DNA of 64,000 bases from Eledone cirrhosa (Eukaryota). The translations under genes were made by a program, and so were the position numbers. A model generated the notes under the pieces. That model had not been told where the DNA came from, ran no database searches, and saw only the letters and a program-made list of their open reading frames with translations. The first letter of the stretch is position 1. Each line of letters opens with the position of its first letter. The stretch covers positions 280,612,001-280,676,000 of the forward strand of contig OZ024741.1 of assembly GCA_964016885.1 (NCBI GenBank), written 5' to 3'. This document shows, piece by piece, positions 1 to 14,286 of this stretch.

Positions 1-2
1 AA

Positions 3-101
3 CAGAAACGTCGGCGTAGAGCTCCACCACCTCCCAATCCTTTCACTGGAGAGATACCAGCAGTCCAAGAAGAAACTGAGGAGGAACAATTAGATGAAGA
101 A
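3..101 (+). CDS. EXOC6: EXOC6 exon (5' end outside window)
   Basis: QKRRRRAPPPPNPFTGEIPAVQEETEEEQLDEE then donor GTAAGT at 102, phase 0; in frame with the next exon. Confidence 0.8.
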
Positions 102-1608
102 GTAAGTGTGGAGAAATGTTGTGTGTGTGTGTGTGTGTGTTAGTGCAAAAAGACTGTAGATTGCAAACATCATTAGAATGTCATATAGAATACTTTACAA
201 TATTCCTTCTGGTTCTCTGCACTCTCTGAGGTAAACATCTGCAGAAGTCAACTTTGCCTTTCATCTTTTCGAGGTCATTGTTAAAGGTATCAGCCTAGTA
301 CAAGATCTATTCTTCCTCTATATCTCGTCCTCACCTCCTCTCTCACATTATCTTTTCCTCTGGAGGAAATCAGATACGTTCAGAACTGGAGAAAGTATGA
401 CACTACAACACTACTCAGACGCTATCAGAAGTTAAGGGTACATGCATGCTTACATTCACACATATTCACAGATACACATAAATACATGCATGCACATTCA
501 CACATATATACACTCACAAATACATATATACCTGCATGCACATACACACACACATATATATATACACACACTCATACATATATACGCACATATAAAACGG
601 CAGTAGATTGGCAGAGTCGTTAAAGCATCAGACAAATGCATAGCAGTATTTGCTCCAGTTCTTTGTTCTGAGTTCAAATCGTGCTGTGGTCAACTTTACC
701 TTTCATCTTTCTAGGTTGATAAAATAAAATACCAGTCAAGTACTGGAACCAATATAATTGATAAAAGAAATTGCTGGTCTTGTGTTGAAATGAAACAATA
801 TAGATGCAAGCATGGTTGTATGATGAAGGAATCCAATACACAAATAGGTGGTTTGAAGTTCAGTTCAGTTGCATAACTCCTTAGGCAAGTGTCTTCTATT
901 ATCGCCTTGGATTGACCGATGTCTTGTTACTGGAATTTGGTTGGTAGAAACTATACAGAAGACCATCAGATATGTGTGAGACCATGTTTTAGTTAACAGT
1001 TTGTTCGATCAATCGAATAGAACGACAAGATCTGACCTCACTCATTTACCGAGTGGGTGGAACTGGTCAAATCAGACAAAAGAAATAGTGTTTCCATTGG
1101 TCTTTCCATTACTAATACTATCTACCGGTTGCAACTCCTAGTAGAGAGAATGAAATAAAGTGGCTTGCTCGAGGACATAACACATCACCCGGTCTGTGAA
1201 TTGAACTCGCAACCTCATGATTGCAAATGTAATTCTCTCACCACTAAGTCACATACATTCTGTTTGTTAATGTTCTTTTGCATTTCAACAAAAGAAATCG
1301 ATAAAATTAGTACCAGATTTGCAGAAAGTAAGTACTGGGGTCAATATGACCAACTGAGTGGATTTTGTCACGGTGCCAGCATTAAGGAGATTGTCATTTA
1401 ACACAACTGAAACTCTTTTTTTTTTTTTTTTTTCTTTTTTGATGAGTTGTGGTGCACCTGGGCACTGTACACAATATTTCATTATTGTTATTGTTATTAT
1501 ATCATGACTCATACACTGTTCATTTTCCTGACATTTGTACATTATTCTATGTACTATACATGCACCTTTGATGAGTTGTAGTGCACCTGAGCACTGTACA
1601 CAATAATT

Positions 1609-1652
<44 letters not shown>

Positions 1653-4600
1653 TTATTCTCCTGACCATTTGGCAGATTTTCTATGGCTGCATGTTCTTCT
1701 TATCACTAACTAGTTTACAGAGTTTACAAGGTGTTTTATCATAACACCAACATTAGGAAGGTTGTGCTATCTTTAAAACAACTGAAACATCATCCTGACC
1801 CTTTCTAATCTCTATATTTTTTTTATTTCAATTTTCCTTTCAGGAACTTAGTGCTCAGGATCTAATTGATTTCTCACCAGTTTACAGATGCCTTCATATA
1901 TATTCAGTATTGGTAAGTAATCATTTTTAAAATATATGTGTATATATATTATTTGGGGGGGGGGGTGCTCAATCAGTTGATTGGGGTGGCTGTATCTTTA
2001 ACATATTTTCAATAATATATATATATATATATATTTTTTTTTTTTTACTGAAAATCTTCTTAAGATGAAATCTGGAAGGGATTAACTGTTATTGTCAGGA
2101 ATGAAGCACAAACAAGTCCAATCTTTAAAGCAGTATGATAGTACTGATAATAATGATAATGGTGGTGGCGGTGGCCGTGATGGCTGTCTGCAGGCATAAA
2201 AAAACAAGCATAAAATGATAATTTTCTTTGACTCTATCGGTAGAAGGTCGGACGCCATGCTTTGCAACATAGAGTTACGCCCCTTTATGGTCTAAGTTCA
2301 AATCCCGCTGAGGCTAACTTTGTCTTTCATCCTTATGGGATCGATAAAATAAAGCACCAGTAATGAACTGGGATAATTGCAGGCCTTGTGCCAAAAGTAG
2401 GAACAATTATTATTAGGCAGTGGTTTGGCAGTATTGGTAGAGCATCAGACAACATGCTTTGCAGCATAGAGTTACGTCCCTTTACGTTATGAGTTCAAAT
2501 CCTGCCGAGGTTAACTTTGTTTTTCATCCTTACAGGGTCAATAAAATAAAGTACCAGTCACACACTGGGGTCGATTTAATCGTCTTCCCCTTCCCCAAAA
2601 TTGCTGGGCTTGTGCCTATTGGCAGTATCGGTAGAGGGTCGGACGCCATGCTTTCCAGCATCGTTACGTCCCTTTACGATCTGAGTTCAAATCCCGCTGA
2701 GGTTGACTTTGCCTTTCATCCTTACGGGGTTGATAAAATAAAATACCAGTAATGCACTGGGTAATTGCTGGCCTTGTGCCTAAAGTAGAAACAATTATTA
2801 TTAGGGTGGTGGATTGGCAGTATCGGTAGAGTCGGACGCCATGTTTTCCAGCATAGTTACGTCCCTTTACGGTCTGAGTTCAAATCCTGCCGAGGTTAAC
2901 TTTGCCTTTCATCCTTACGGGGTCGATAAAATAAAGTACCAGTAATGTACTGGGTAATTGCTGGCCTTGTGCCTAAGGTAGAAACAATTATTATTAGGCA
3001 GTGGTTTGGCAGTATCAGTAGAGCATCAGACACCATGCTTTGTTACGGTTCTTTATGTTCTGAGTTCAAATCCTGCCGAGGTTAACTTTGCCTTTCATCC
3101 TTAAAGAGTCGATAAAATAAAGTACCAGTAATGCACTGGAGTAATTGCTGGCCTTGTGCCAAAAATAGAAACATTACTATTGTTAATAATTTATAACATT
3201 GACACATGGACATACATATCTGAAGATGTAGAATTAATTGAATTGAGTCTAGGTATTTATTTTATTTACTCTGCATAAATGAAACACCACAAATTTCACT
3301 GTAGATTCAAACATAGAACAAATAAAATTTGTAATTAAATCTGGATTTCTAATTTAGGCCAGCAAATTTGAAGCAACTTGATTAAATTAACCCAAGTACT
3401 TGATTAGTATTTTATTAAACCCAGACAGATGAAAGGTAAAGTTGCCCTTGGTAGGTTTTGAACTCAGTAATACCGAAATGGCATTTTATCTAACACTCTA
3501 CCAATTCTACCACTTCATTTTGTTGGATGCTCTACTGATTCAACCAATTTGCTGCCTTCAATGATTTTGATAGTTTTATCCCATTCTAAGTACACTCCTG
3601 TTAAAACCTCTGAGAAAGTGCTCAAGGTTTAAAAAAAAATCTTTTCAAATATCTGTATTTACATTTTTCAGACTTCCTTTATCTAAGGCTTCACAATTCA
3701 TTTATAGGGAGCCGTTGATGCAGCTTAACTTTAGACATCTTTCACTTAGAAAATTTTCTCTTGTTGTTACTACACTAAACGAATGGTTGTTACAATTCAT
3801 CAAGATCTTGTCACAAACGTACATAGTTCCTATATCTAGTGGAAAAGTGCCAGACTCACTGAGAGTTGATAGTGGTGAGCCTTAGAGGCTTTCCAGGACA
3901 CTTACTTGACAAGGTTCTTATAAGGGGTGGCAAAGAGGAGAGTCAATACCTGAGCAAAGCCACAGAGAAAGCCATTTGGTGGTTTTCAATTAAAAGGACT
4001 TATACATGAGCTGTTGCTGCTTGAATGCAAGTTGGTGCCTGGTCAACTCTGGTTAGGTCATCTGGGCAAGGCTGTCTGATGATGAAAGGCCAAAAACACT
4101 TGATGACTCTCAGGTGACATTACTGATGATGTGTCTCAGTCCAGCTATAAGATGTATCTTGCATATTATCTCTCTTGGATTTGTTTCACCATGTTTATTT
4201 ATTTGCATTTTGATAAAGTCTTATACTAATAACAATTCCTAATTTAGCTGCGGGGTGGGGTGGGGGATTATGTTGACCCCAGTGTATGACTAGTACTTTA
4301 TTTCATCAATCTCAAGGCCAAAGAGCAAAGTTGACCTTGGTGGTATTTGAACCCAGAGCATAAAGAATCAGAACAAATACTGCTAAGCATTTGTCTGATG
4401 TTCTAATGATTCTGCCAATCCACTGCCCTTATAATGGTTTCTGATTTTGGCACAAGGCTAGGAAGTTTAAGGAAAAGGAAAAAATTGATTATATCGACTG
4501 CAGTACTTGATTGGTATTTTATTTTATTGGCCTTGAAAAGATGAAAGGCAAAGTTAACCTTCTCAGGATTTGAACTCAGAATGTAAAAAGTCGCAACTTA

Positions 4601-7600
4601 ACACCACAAAGCAATTTGTCCACATTCTATTGCCCTGTATTATTCTAATAATGGTTTCTGAATTTTGTGGGAGGAGAAAGTTGATTAAATCAACCCCAGT
4701 CTGTTACTTATGCTTTAATTTATCAACCTCATAGGGATGAAAGGCAAAGCTAGCCTTGGTCGGATTTGAACTCAGAATGGAAAGGGAGGTAACTATATGT
4801 CAAAAATGTCCAACGCTCTACCGATATTGCCAATCCACTGCCCTGTATTCTAATAATAACCTGTGTTTTATTTATCATCTACTATCTTAACTGTTAAGCC
4901 TAAGGAGAAGATAAGCTGAAACAAAATACGTAACTACTGGTTCACCATAATTTCATTTTTGTATTTTTGTTCTTTGTAGGGTGCACGAGAAACGTTTGAA
5001 ACATACTACCGGAAACAGAGGCGAAAACAAGCCCGTCTATCTTTAAAACCTTCTCAAAACATGGTGTGTCTTGGATTATATTATCTACGTTTTTGTCTTA
5101 TTCTTATCTGAGTGTGTATACACTGGAAAACAAATATATTTTCTATAACTAACCTCACATCATCTCTGGAATTTTGAGAAAGTATTTAGGTCCTATAAGA
5201 TTGCGTGATCTATTCAAGAAACCAAAAGATCAAAGGTGACATGGGTGAGGTCAAATCTTGGGATGTTAAACCACACAGATGCAGTTAGAAAAATTGGTAT
5301 ATACCATGTTGACACAGATGCAGTTAGAAAAGTTGGTATATACCATATTGCACACAGATGTGGTTGAAAAGTAGCTATATGCCATATTGCACACAGATGC
5401 AGTTAGAAAAGTTGGTATTTACCATATTGCACACAGATGTAGTTAGAAAAGTTGGTATTTACCATATTGCACACAGATGTAGTTAGAAAAGTTGGTATTT
5501 ACCATATTGCACACAGATGCAGTTAGAAAAGTTGGTATTTACCATATTGCACACAGATGTAGTTAGAAATGTTGGTATTTACCATATTGCACATAGATGC
5601 AGTTAGAAAAGTAGCTATATGCCATATTGCACATAGATGTAGTTAAAAAAGTTGGTATTTACCATATTGCACAGAGATGCAGTTAGAAAAGTTGGTATTT
5701 ACCATATTGCACACAGATGCAGTTAGAAAAGTTGGTATTTACCATATTGCGCATACATACAATAAAATGTTGCCCTGGAATACATGAAAAATTTAATAAA
5801 TGTAATATTTTTTAAACAAATCCTAAACATTTCTTAAATCTCATGATTTGTTTCTTTTCATTTCAGTATGAAAGTTTAGATTCCTATAAGTTGTATTTTC
5901 ATGATGTTGTTGGGTAAGTTAAAGTTTAAATCTTCTGATATCTTCTGCAGTGTAGAGGCATGAATTTCACTCATTCTCATTTCCTCTTCCCTGACAAACC
6001 TTAGGCCTTGTAAATCATTACTACATGACTTAAACCTTTCATTATTAGAAGAACTCTTCAGTGGATGATCGACATGATAAATGCACCCATTACACCCTGT
6101 AAAGTGGTTGATGAGGGAAAGAGTACCCAGCTGTAAAAAAAAAACCTGCCAAACAAAGGTTTGGATGATTCTTTAGCTGTGTCAAAAGTATAACCACCTT
6201 ACTGGTACTGGAGTTATGATAAAATACACTCAGTAGTGTGCTGGAACATATGTAAGCAAGATGTAGGCCCATGATTCATCTGAGAGGTCTTTAGATCTGC
6301 TTGAGTACTGACTCCTTCTGTGAAGACCCATCCAATCCTTGCTAGCTAGGATGATTTACATTAAATAATAATAATGATGATGATGAAAGACACTGCCTAT
6401 GATTTTCAAATAATCAAGAATTAGGAGTAATATAGCTAACTGTCTAATTATTAAGCTGGTTTTGGGAACAAAACTTAACAAAGGTTCTCTCAAAGAGTTA
6501 TGGTGGACAATTATATGCACTTTAAAATATACAATTTGTACAAAAAAATTAGAAATGGTTTCAAGCAGTTTAGTAGCAAAAGGGTTCATGATAGTTTTGT
6601 CTCACCATATTACAAGTTTAAATCACTTCAGGGTTAACTGCGATTTTCATCATTTAGAGATTAATAAACATCATTTAGAGATTAATAAAGTTCAGCTCTG
6701 ACCAAGCAGAACCCTGATCAAAAGTGTTACTGTTGGATATCATCTTCTGCCCCCTTCCTCTTTTCTTTTTTTGGATCACATCTAGTGTGTCCTTACTTTT
6801 TTACCCTTTTTTTAATGTGGTCAAGTATTGTTAAGGGAGATTTGACTGCTCTTTGTAGCAGGATGTGTGACCACATAGATGCCTCCTCGTCAGCTTATAA
6901 TAGTTGTAAATACCAGCAATATACTTGGGTTAATTTGAGTGTATATGCTCCCTGCTCCCCACCAACAAAAATTGATCTTCTAATGTACTAACAGAAATCA
7001 ATATACTTTATTAGATAACATTTTAGTGAGCATCTTAAAATGTTGAATTGATGACACAAACGTGAGAGAATTTTCCTGTCAACGCAAGTGTTTTTAAGAC
7101 TATTTTATCTACTAAAGGAGGGGTTAGTCATGTGGGTTCCATGATATGCTTCTCCACTTTTCCCTAGTGTCTGCATCCCCACCTCACCTAGTTTTCATTT
7201 CTTCATCCATCATCTTTGGCCATGTCTTTCTTAGTTTTCCCCTTCATCTACTTTATTCCACATTCATTTTCATTATTCCTCTCCCCCAGTCACTGTCATC
7301 TTTCCTCAACACATGATCCAACCATTTCATTCTATTTATCTTTTCAACATTTATCACTGGCTTTATTTCCATCATCCTCTGTAATTCATTGTTTGTGTTC
7401 CTTTCCCTGAACAATACTCCAATCACCCACTAAACTATTCTCATTTCCCTTCTTTCCACCATCTTACTCCTGTAAATCATGGCACTTCTCATACATGCAA
7501 CATATACCTTTCCCTTCAGTTTCAGTGATGCTCTCTTTTTTATGTCAAATTTGAAATAAACCTAGTTTCAAACATTCAAAAACTTTTAAAATAATATGAA

Positions 7601-8889
7601 TGACTTTATTTATATGGGAAGAGCTGTGATACAGCCTTAGGAAAGGAATGGCTGAGCAGACTTTTCATTCAAAGACTTTTCTATTATCTTTTATTCAAAC
7701 AATGTATAAGGCAGCAGTGTGTGATTTGAGGGAAATTTGGTTGTTATTACTAGTAGGTTAAGCGACCATGTAGAGGCTTCTTCATTGGCTCATGAAGTTA
7801 AATATTTGTCAGGAAAGCTGATGCTCAGTTTTAAATTTATATAAATTTAAATGAGTTCCATGTCTTTCTACTTTATTTAATGGCATATCTTGTTTCTGTT
7901 TGATTCAGTCATTGTTGATTTTTTTTATTAATTTATTCATTATTCATGTTTTAGATTTTTTGTGGTGGAAGATCATATTCTGAACACAACAACTGGTCTC
8001 GTAAACCAGGCCTATATGGATGAATTATGGGAAATGGCTGTGTCAAAAATAGCTGCTGAATTGCGTAGGAATTGTGTAAGTTTATCAGGACTTATCCCTC
8101 TCTCTCTCTCTCAACATGTATTTCTTTCTTTCTTAATGTATCTGTCCATCATAATTGTTCTCCTTTGTTTCAAAACTAGTTGTAGTGGGTACATAATACA
8201 GGGACCTGTTTGTTGTACCTTTATATTAGTGGCAATAAGCTTCGTTTGAAGTAATTCAAAGAGGATAATATATGTTACCCTTTTTGATATCAAACTGCTC
8301 TGGATTTATGATAGAATAACTGCTCATTTTAAAATGTTTATCCTTATATTAAAATCTTTGCCCACGTGTTCCTGAGAGGGTCATGGGGTAAAGAGTCCTC
8401 AAATACGCCTTCCAGTGGGTCCTGTCAGAAGTAACTGTCTCCAACTGATCCGGCTGGGTCCCCAAGCGAGACCAGCCAAGCTCATGGATGTTATTCAACC
8501 ATCTTGCTCTGGGTCTCCTGGTGTTTGAGTCCTCTCAACCCTTTGTTTGGCAAGTTTTCTATGGCCACCCTCGTTTTTGGCAAGTTTTCTATGGCCACCC
8601 TCGTTTTTGGCAAGTTTTCTATCCCCACCCTCATTTTTTATTACTTAGTCAGAAAGAAAGGCACTACCCCTTTCAGGACTTCTGAGTCTGGTGAGAAGGA
8701 GGGAGATATCTTCAGACTTGAGACTTTGTCCAAATACTTACAACGGAGGGACTCTGCTAAAGGACACCCAAAGGCATACGAAGAGCGGGTAGTAAAGTAA
8801 TAAGATATAAATTAATGAAATTTTGGCTGCTATTTTTAGCAGGTCGAGGGAGTGCATACAGGCTCTTTCATCCCATATATGTGATAAAA

Positions 8890-8920
<31 letters not shown>

Positions 8921-11900
8921 TGTTTCAGTCTAAAAATCTATATTTTAAGCCAATGGAAAGTGGGTGTACTGGTGTCACATTAAAATGTACCCTGTCCACA
9001 CTATAAGGTGGTTGTACTGGTGTCACATAAAATGCACCCAGTCCACTTTGTAAAATGGTAGTACCGGTTCCACAATAAAATGTATCTAGCCCACTCTGTA
9101 AAGTGGTAGTACAGGTGTCACGATAATATGCACCAATCCACTTTTGTTGCTAAAAATATTCCTTTCCCATTTTTTAATTTTTATTATTATTATTTCTTTT
9201 TTTTCTAATATTTTTATTAAACGTTATTAAACTTAATATTACAGAAACTAAACCACTGTGTTTTTTTGTATTTCAGGGATACTGTAATTCTGAGAATATC
9301 ATGTTGGAAATAAAAAACCTTATTCTATTGTTCTGTCACACATTACGGGTGAGTGTATTTCTATAATTCAATCATATCTTCATTTCTCTCTCTGTATGTA
9401 TATATGAATGTAAGTATGTGTATACACACGCACACGCAGTGGAACCTTGGTTCACAAACTTTATTTGTTTCTGAAGGATGTTCATAAACCAAAACTCTTT
9501 TTTCCCATACGAAAGGTTGGGAAAGAAATAGAATGAGAGAGAGACTGTGTGAGAAAGACAGATAGATAGCAAGGTGAGAGCCATGAATGCAGAATATTTT
9601 CAATAACTAGAAAGAAATGAAACATGCATGCTCCACTGCATATGTAATGTTAGTGTGCATGAATAACAGAGCTGAGAGAAAAGCTGATTATATGAGAAAT
9701 TGGATGTTGTGTGCAAGGGAGATGATCACATTGTGATGCATAAGATCAAGGTTATATTTTCTCTTCATATTTTCAGGGCTATGGTTTCAGTGTGGGACAC
9801 CTTTTAGAATTGTTACTTGAGATCAGGTTAGTATTATTTTTTATCCCTTTATTTTTTCTTTATTAGTTTATGATTAAATAATCATTTCTTCGTCTTGTCT
9901 TTTGCCTGCCATAGCAAAATACATTGTTCAATTTACTGAGACACTCATTTTCTGAAAATATGTTTTCTTTAAAATTATTGTTATATATTGAGATAGTCAT
10001 GCTGCCAATAATACAAAAACGTTTAATATTAATTCTTAACGTCCAGTACCATATGAAACCACATTAGAAGACATTCTTGAAAAGTACGAAATAACTGCCT
10101 CACATTCAAAATTAAATTCTTTACTCCAATATTGCAACTTTTCACTTAAATTAATCCACACATGTTTAGATATAATTTGCTAAATTATTACAAGATGTTA
10201 AGAGTTAGAATACATTAAATTATTTGTTTTAAAGATTAAGAAAATAAATCTCTCTGTTAAATTATGTTTGCATGCGTGCATGGTCCCATAACTCCTGAGT
10301 GAGTTGTATTAACATACGTTTCTAGGATATTTTAAAACCTGGCAGAGCCCATCCCTCTCCAGGCTTTAATACAGCAGATTTCTTCCAGAGAAGGATAGAG
10401 AGAGGGTGAGAATGGAATTGAGAAAGAGATATAGAGAAAGAATCGATCCCAGTACTAGACTGGTACCTTTTTATCGACCTTGGGAGAATGAAAGGCAAAA
10501 TGAATACTGCAAAGCATTCTATCCGACCTTCTAATGACTCTGCCAAATGTTTACAATTGAATAGTTTCCTACTAAGGAGAAATATTTTCTTCCTTAATTT
10601 ATTAGCTTTTTTTATCCATGGCAAAATACATCGTTCAATTTATTGGGACACTCGTTTTGTAAAATAGGTTTTAAAGCATTTAACATTGAATACATTAAAT
10701 TATTTGTTTAAATAAATAAAAAAATGATATGTGAAAATAGGTTTAATCCTTTTGATATCAAACCACCTGAAATCACACAGGATTTATGATACAAAACTGC
10801 TCATTTTAAAATAACTTATATTAAAACCTTCCATTATAATTTTATTTTAGAAATGTTTGTTAAGTAATATTCTAAATAACTTACTAATGAAAAACTTTAT
10901 AAATAACTTTTGATTATTTTCAAAATCATTTGAAAATCATAGGCAGTGTATTTCATTAGAAATATGGTAGTGATAGTCTTAACAAATGCTTGGCATAGAA
11001 CACAACTTATTGCTATGGAAAATTATTTACTGCAATAATTTATGATTCAATTTACTGAACAATTTACCCTACAATTTGTGTAGGGAACCAAAACAATTTA
11101 AAAAATAATGATAAAAGTAATACGACATATTGAAAGCAATAATTCAGCCAATCATTGATTTTACCTATTTTTGCTGTTGTAGGGATCAATATAATGAGAT
11201 GTTGATGACGAAATGGGCCACAATATTTGACCAAATCTTCAGTGATGACAACTACACACCAATGTACATAGAAAATGAGAAAGACTTTCTTGCAATAATG
11301 GGAGATTTTCCTTTAGCAGAACAATTAACAGCGGTAGGTGACCTTACAGTTTCTTCTCTAACACATAATATACTAGGGGTTTTTTTCAACACTGACGCGT
11401 ATATTGAATATGTATGTATGTGTATATGCATACATTTATACGTATGAATATATAACTATAAATGCACAAATACACATATACAAAAATGCACACTACAAAC
11501 ACATACATTTACACAAACACACACATACACATGAACTCATACACATCGTAGCAAATGGAACGCCGGTCGCTGTTTTGCTATATTATTTTCACCACCCCCT
11601 TCCTTCCTTCCTTTTACACACACACACACACACATTGTGTGACGGACAGACAGACGGAAGTCGCTCAAATTTATATATAGATTTAATATATTTTAAAAAT
11701 TGAGAACACTCAACGCAAAGATAGCTGTTAAAACAGCCAAATGCCGCCAATGACAGCATTGGGTAAAAATACCTCAGAAGACAGATCAGTGGCTAGTGGT
11801 CAGTAGAGAGACAAGCTGTAAGGTGGGTGGGTGACTGACCACTAGCCACTGAGGTATTTTATGCAAGGCTGTCATTGACAGTGTTTGGCTGTTTTAACAG

Positions 11901-14255
11901 CTATTCTTGCATTGAGTTTTCTCAGATTTCTATGAATTCAAATATACTCTCGCTTCATCTCAAATCAAGACAACAATGTTTATTTAATATATGTTTATTT
12001 CACTGATAATGTTGTTATATAATATATGTGATGTTTGCTTTTATGTTTTATGTTGCAGAATGACTTTCCCAAACAGTTTCCTTTCTCCCAGTTTGTACCA
12101 AAAATCTATTATGAAGTCAAGCAGTATATCAATGCTTGCTTGAAATTTTCATCTGATTTACATTTAAGGTAAGCACCTGGTTCATACTGTAAGGTGTTAG
12201 TGCTGGTGTCACAACAAAAAGAACCTAGTCTGCACAATAAGGTGGTAGTACTGGTGTCATGACAAAAAGTATCTAATCTGCACTATAAAGTGGTAGTACT
12301 GGTGTCACAACAAAAAGTACCTAGTCTGCACTATAAAGTGGTAGTGCTGGTATCACAACAAAAAGTACCTTGTCTGCACTATAAGGTAGTAGTACTATTT
12401 CCATAGCAAAAAGCACCCACTCTTCAATGTAAGGTGGTAGTGCTGATGACACAACAAAAAGTACTTAGTCCAACCTGTAAGGAGTTAAAGTCCATACATA
12501 AAAAAAACATTTATGCTTCTTTGCCCACTTATTCCTGGAAGGATCATGCAAGCAGAGTTCTCAAACACTCCTTCTAGCAGGTCCTGTCAGAAGCCTCTGT
12601 CTCCAATTGATTCGGCTGGATCCCCAAGCAAGACCACCTGAGCTCATAGATGTTATCCAACCATCTTACTCAGGGGCTACCCTGTGTCTCCTATTGGTTG
12701 GTTTTGCCCATAAAATCTGTCCAGTGATTCTTTCCTGAGACATTCTAACCACATGCCTGTAATATCAGAGCTGTGATCTCTCAATTCAAAGAAGTAGCAG
12801 CTGTACCTGGAGCATAACATTGCTCCAAAGGACCTTCAGGGGAACCCCATTTTGGCCATTTGTATTTATTTTCTGAAAATAAAATAAAAATTAAATGTCA
12901 ACTGAATTATATTTTTTTAAATTGGTTTTAATATATTTGCCTTTGATATATTTGATTGTACAGTCACACAGAAATAGATGATATGATTCGTAAATCAACA
13001 AATCAACTCTTAACAAGAACACTTAGTGGCTGTTTATCAACTCTCATTAAAAAACCCTCTCTCAGCCTTCTACAAGTAAGTCACTTCAATTTGTTTTCTA
13101 ATTAAATTTAACAATAAATCTACTTTGGATTTCTCTAATTTCACTTATGTGTGTGGGTGTGTGTGTGTAAATATATTAGAAATAGAAGCCCTTGCTGCAT
13201 TTCTGACTAAAGAGATTTTAGCATGATACTGGGGTTAGAACCCTCTGAGAAATGGAAAAAAGATGAGTATTGACGTACATGTACTTTAAGTGCCCTGCAC
13301 ATCTTTATGCAGCCCTCATCCTTCACACATATCACATGACCATACCAACAGAGTCTTCTTTTTTGTACACTGCATCAGATCCCTCTTATGTCTTCTCAGC
13401 CCATTAATACTTGGTTGAAATCCTTCTCAGTTTATAGAAAGACATTCTCTCTAATTGCAGCTCATTCAAATTTCCATTAATATGAATAACTTAGAGAAAT
13501 CTTGTAGTTCGTTAGAAGAATACATTTCCAATATAACTGGGTAAGTAATCCATTTTTTTCCTGAATATCTGATTATATTTAATAACTTTCTTCCTAAATG
13601 TCACCTAACCTCACTTTTTTTCCCTGAAATATGTTATTATATATATATATTGAGCTTTAAATTTTCTTATATGGTTGTATTATCAACTCCCTTAACCCTT
13701 TAGCATTTAAACTGGCTGGCTGTATCCACCCAGAATTCTCTCACCTCTTTCTATCCAAACCAGCCGTAATCGACCACTCATACCAATGTTAAAGTATTGT
13801 TCTCAAAATAAATAACATCAAAATTCATAGCTGAAGGCTTTCAAATGTTTATTCATAAACATACCGTATATCATTAGATATACAAAATACACCTATTCAT
13901 ATGTATACAGCTATGTTAGAGCAAGCACCTTAATCCTATTTTCTGGCTGACAGCTCTATATGCAAATGAGGCTAATCAGCCCATGTACATAGGTGTCAAA
14001 ACTATGTGTTTTTGCCTATATTGTGTTCCAGCAGAGACCAGGGTAACGGAGCAATGTCTTGATAATGACCAGTCAAAAATGATGATCATTGTCAACAATT
14101 ACCAACCCTTGCTTCTGCTGGGATCCACCAGATTGCTCTACATCATTAGTTTCCAAAATTTATAGCTGAAGGCTTTGAAATGTTTATTCATAAAAATACT
14201 GTATATCGCTTGATATACAAAATACACATATATATATATATATATATCTGTGTGC

Positions 14256-14286
<31 letters not shown>

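Noticed and set aside
2459-2752. 97-aa ORF and tRNA-like A/B boxes
   Set aside because: Translation of SINE copies; no cloverleaf, so not tRNA genes
5272-5750. CRISPR-like regular repeats (also 46624-46967 and the 48-bp arrays)
   Set aside because: Units are contiguous with no unique spacers, there are no cas genes, and the context is eukaryotic intron; these are minisatellites
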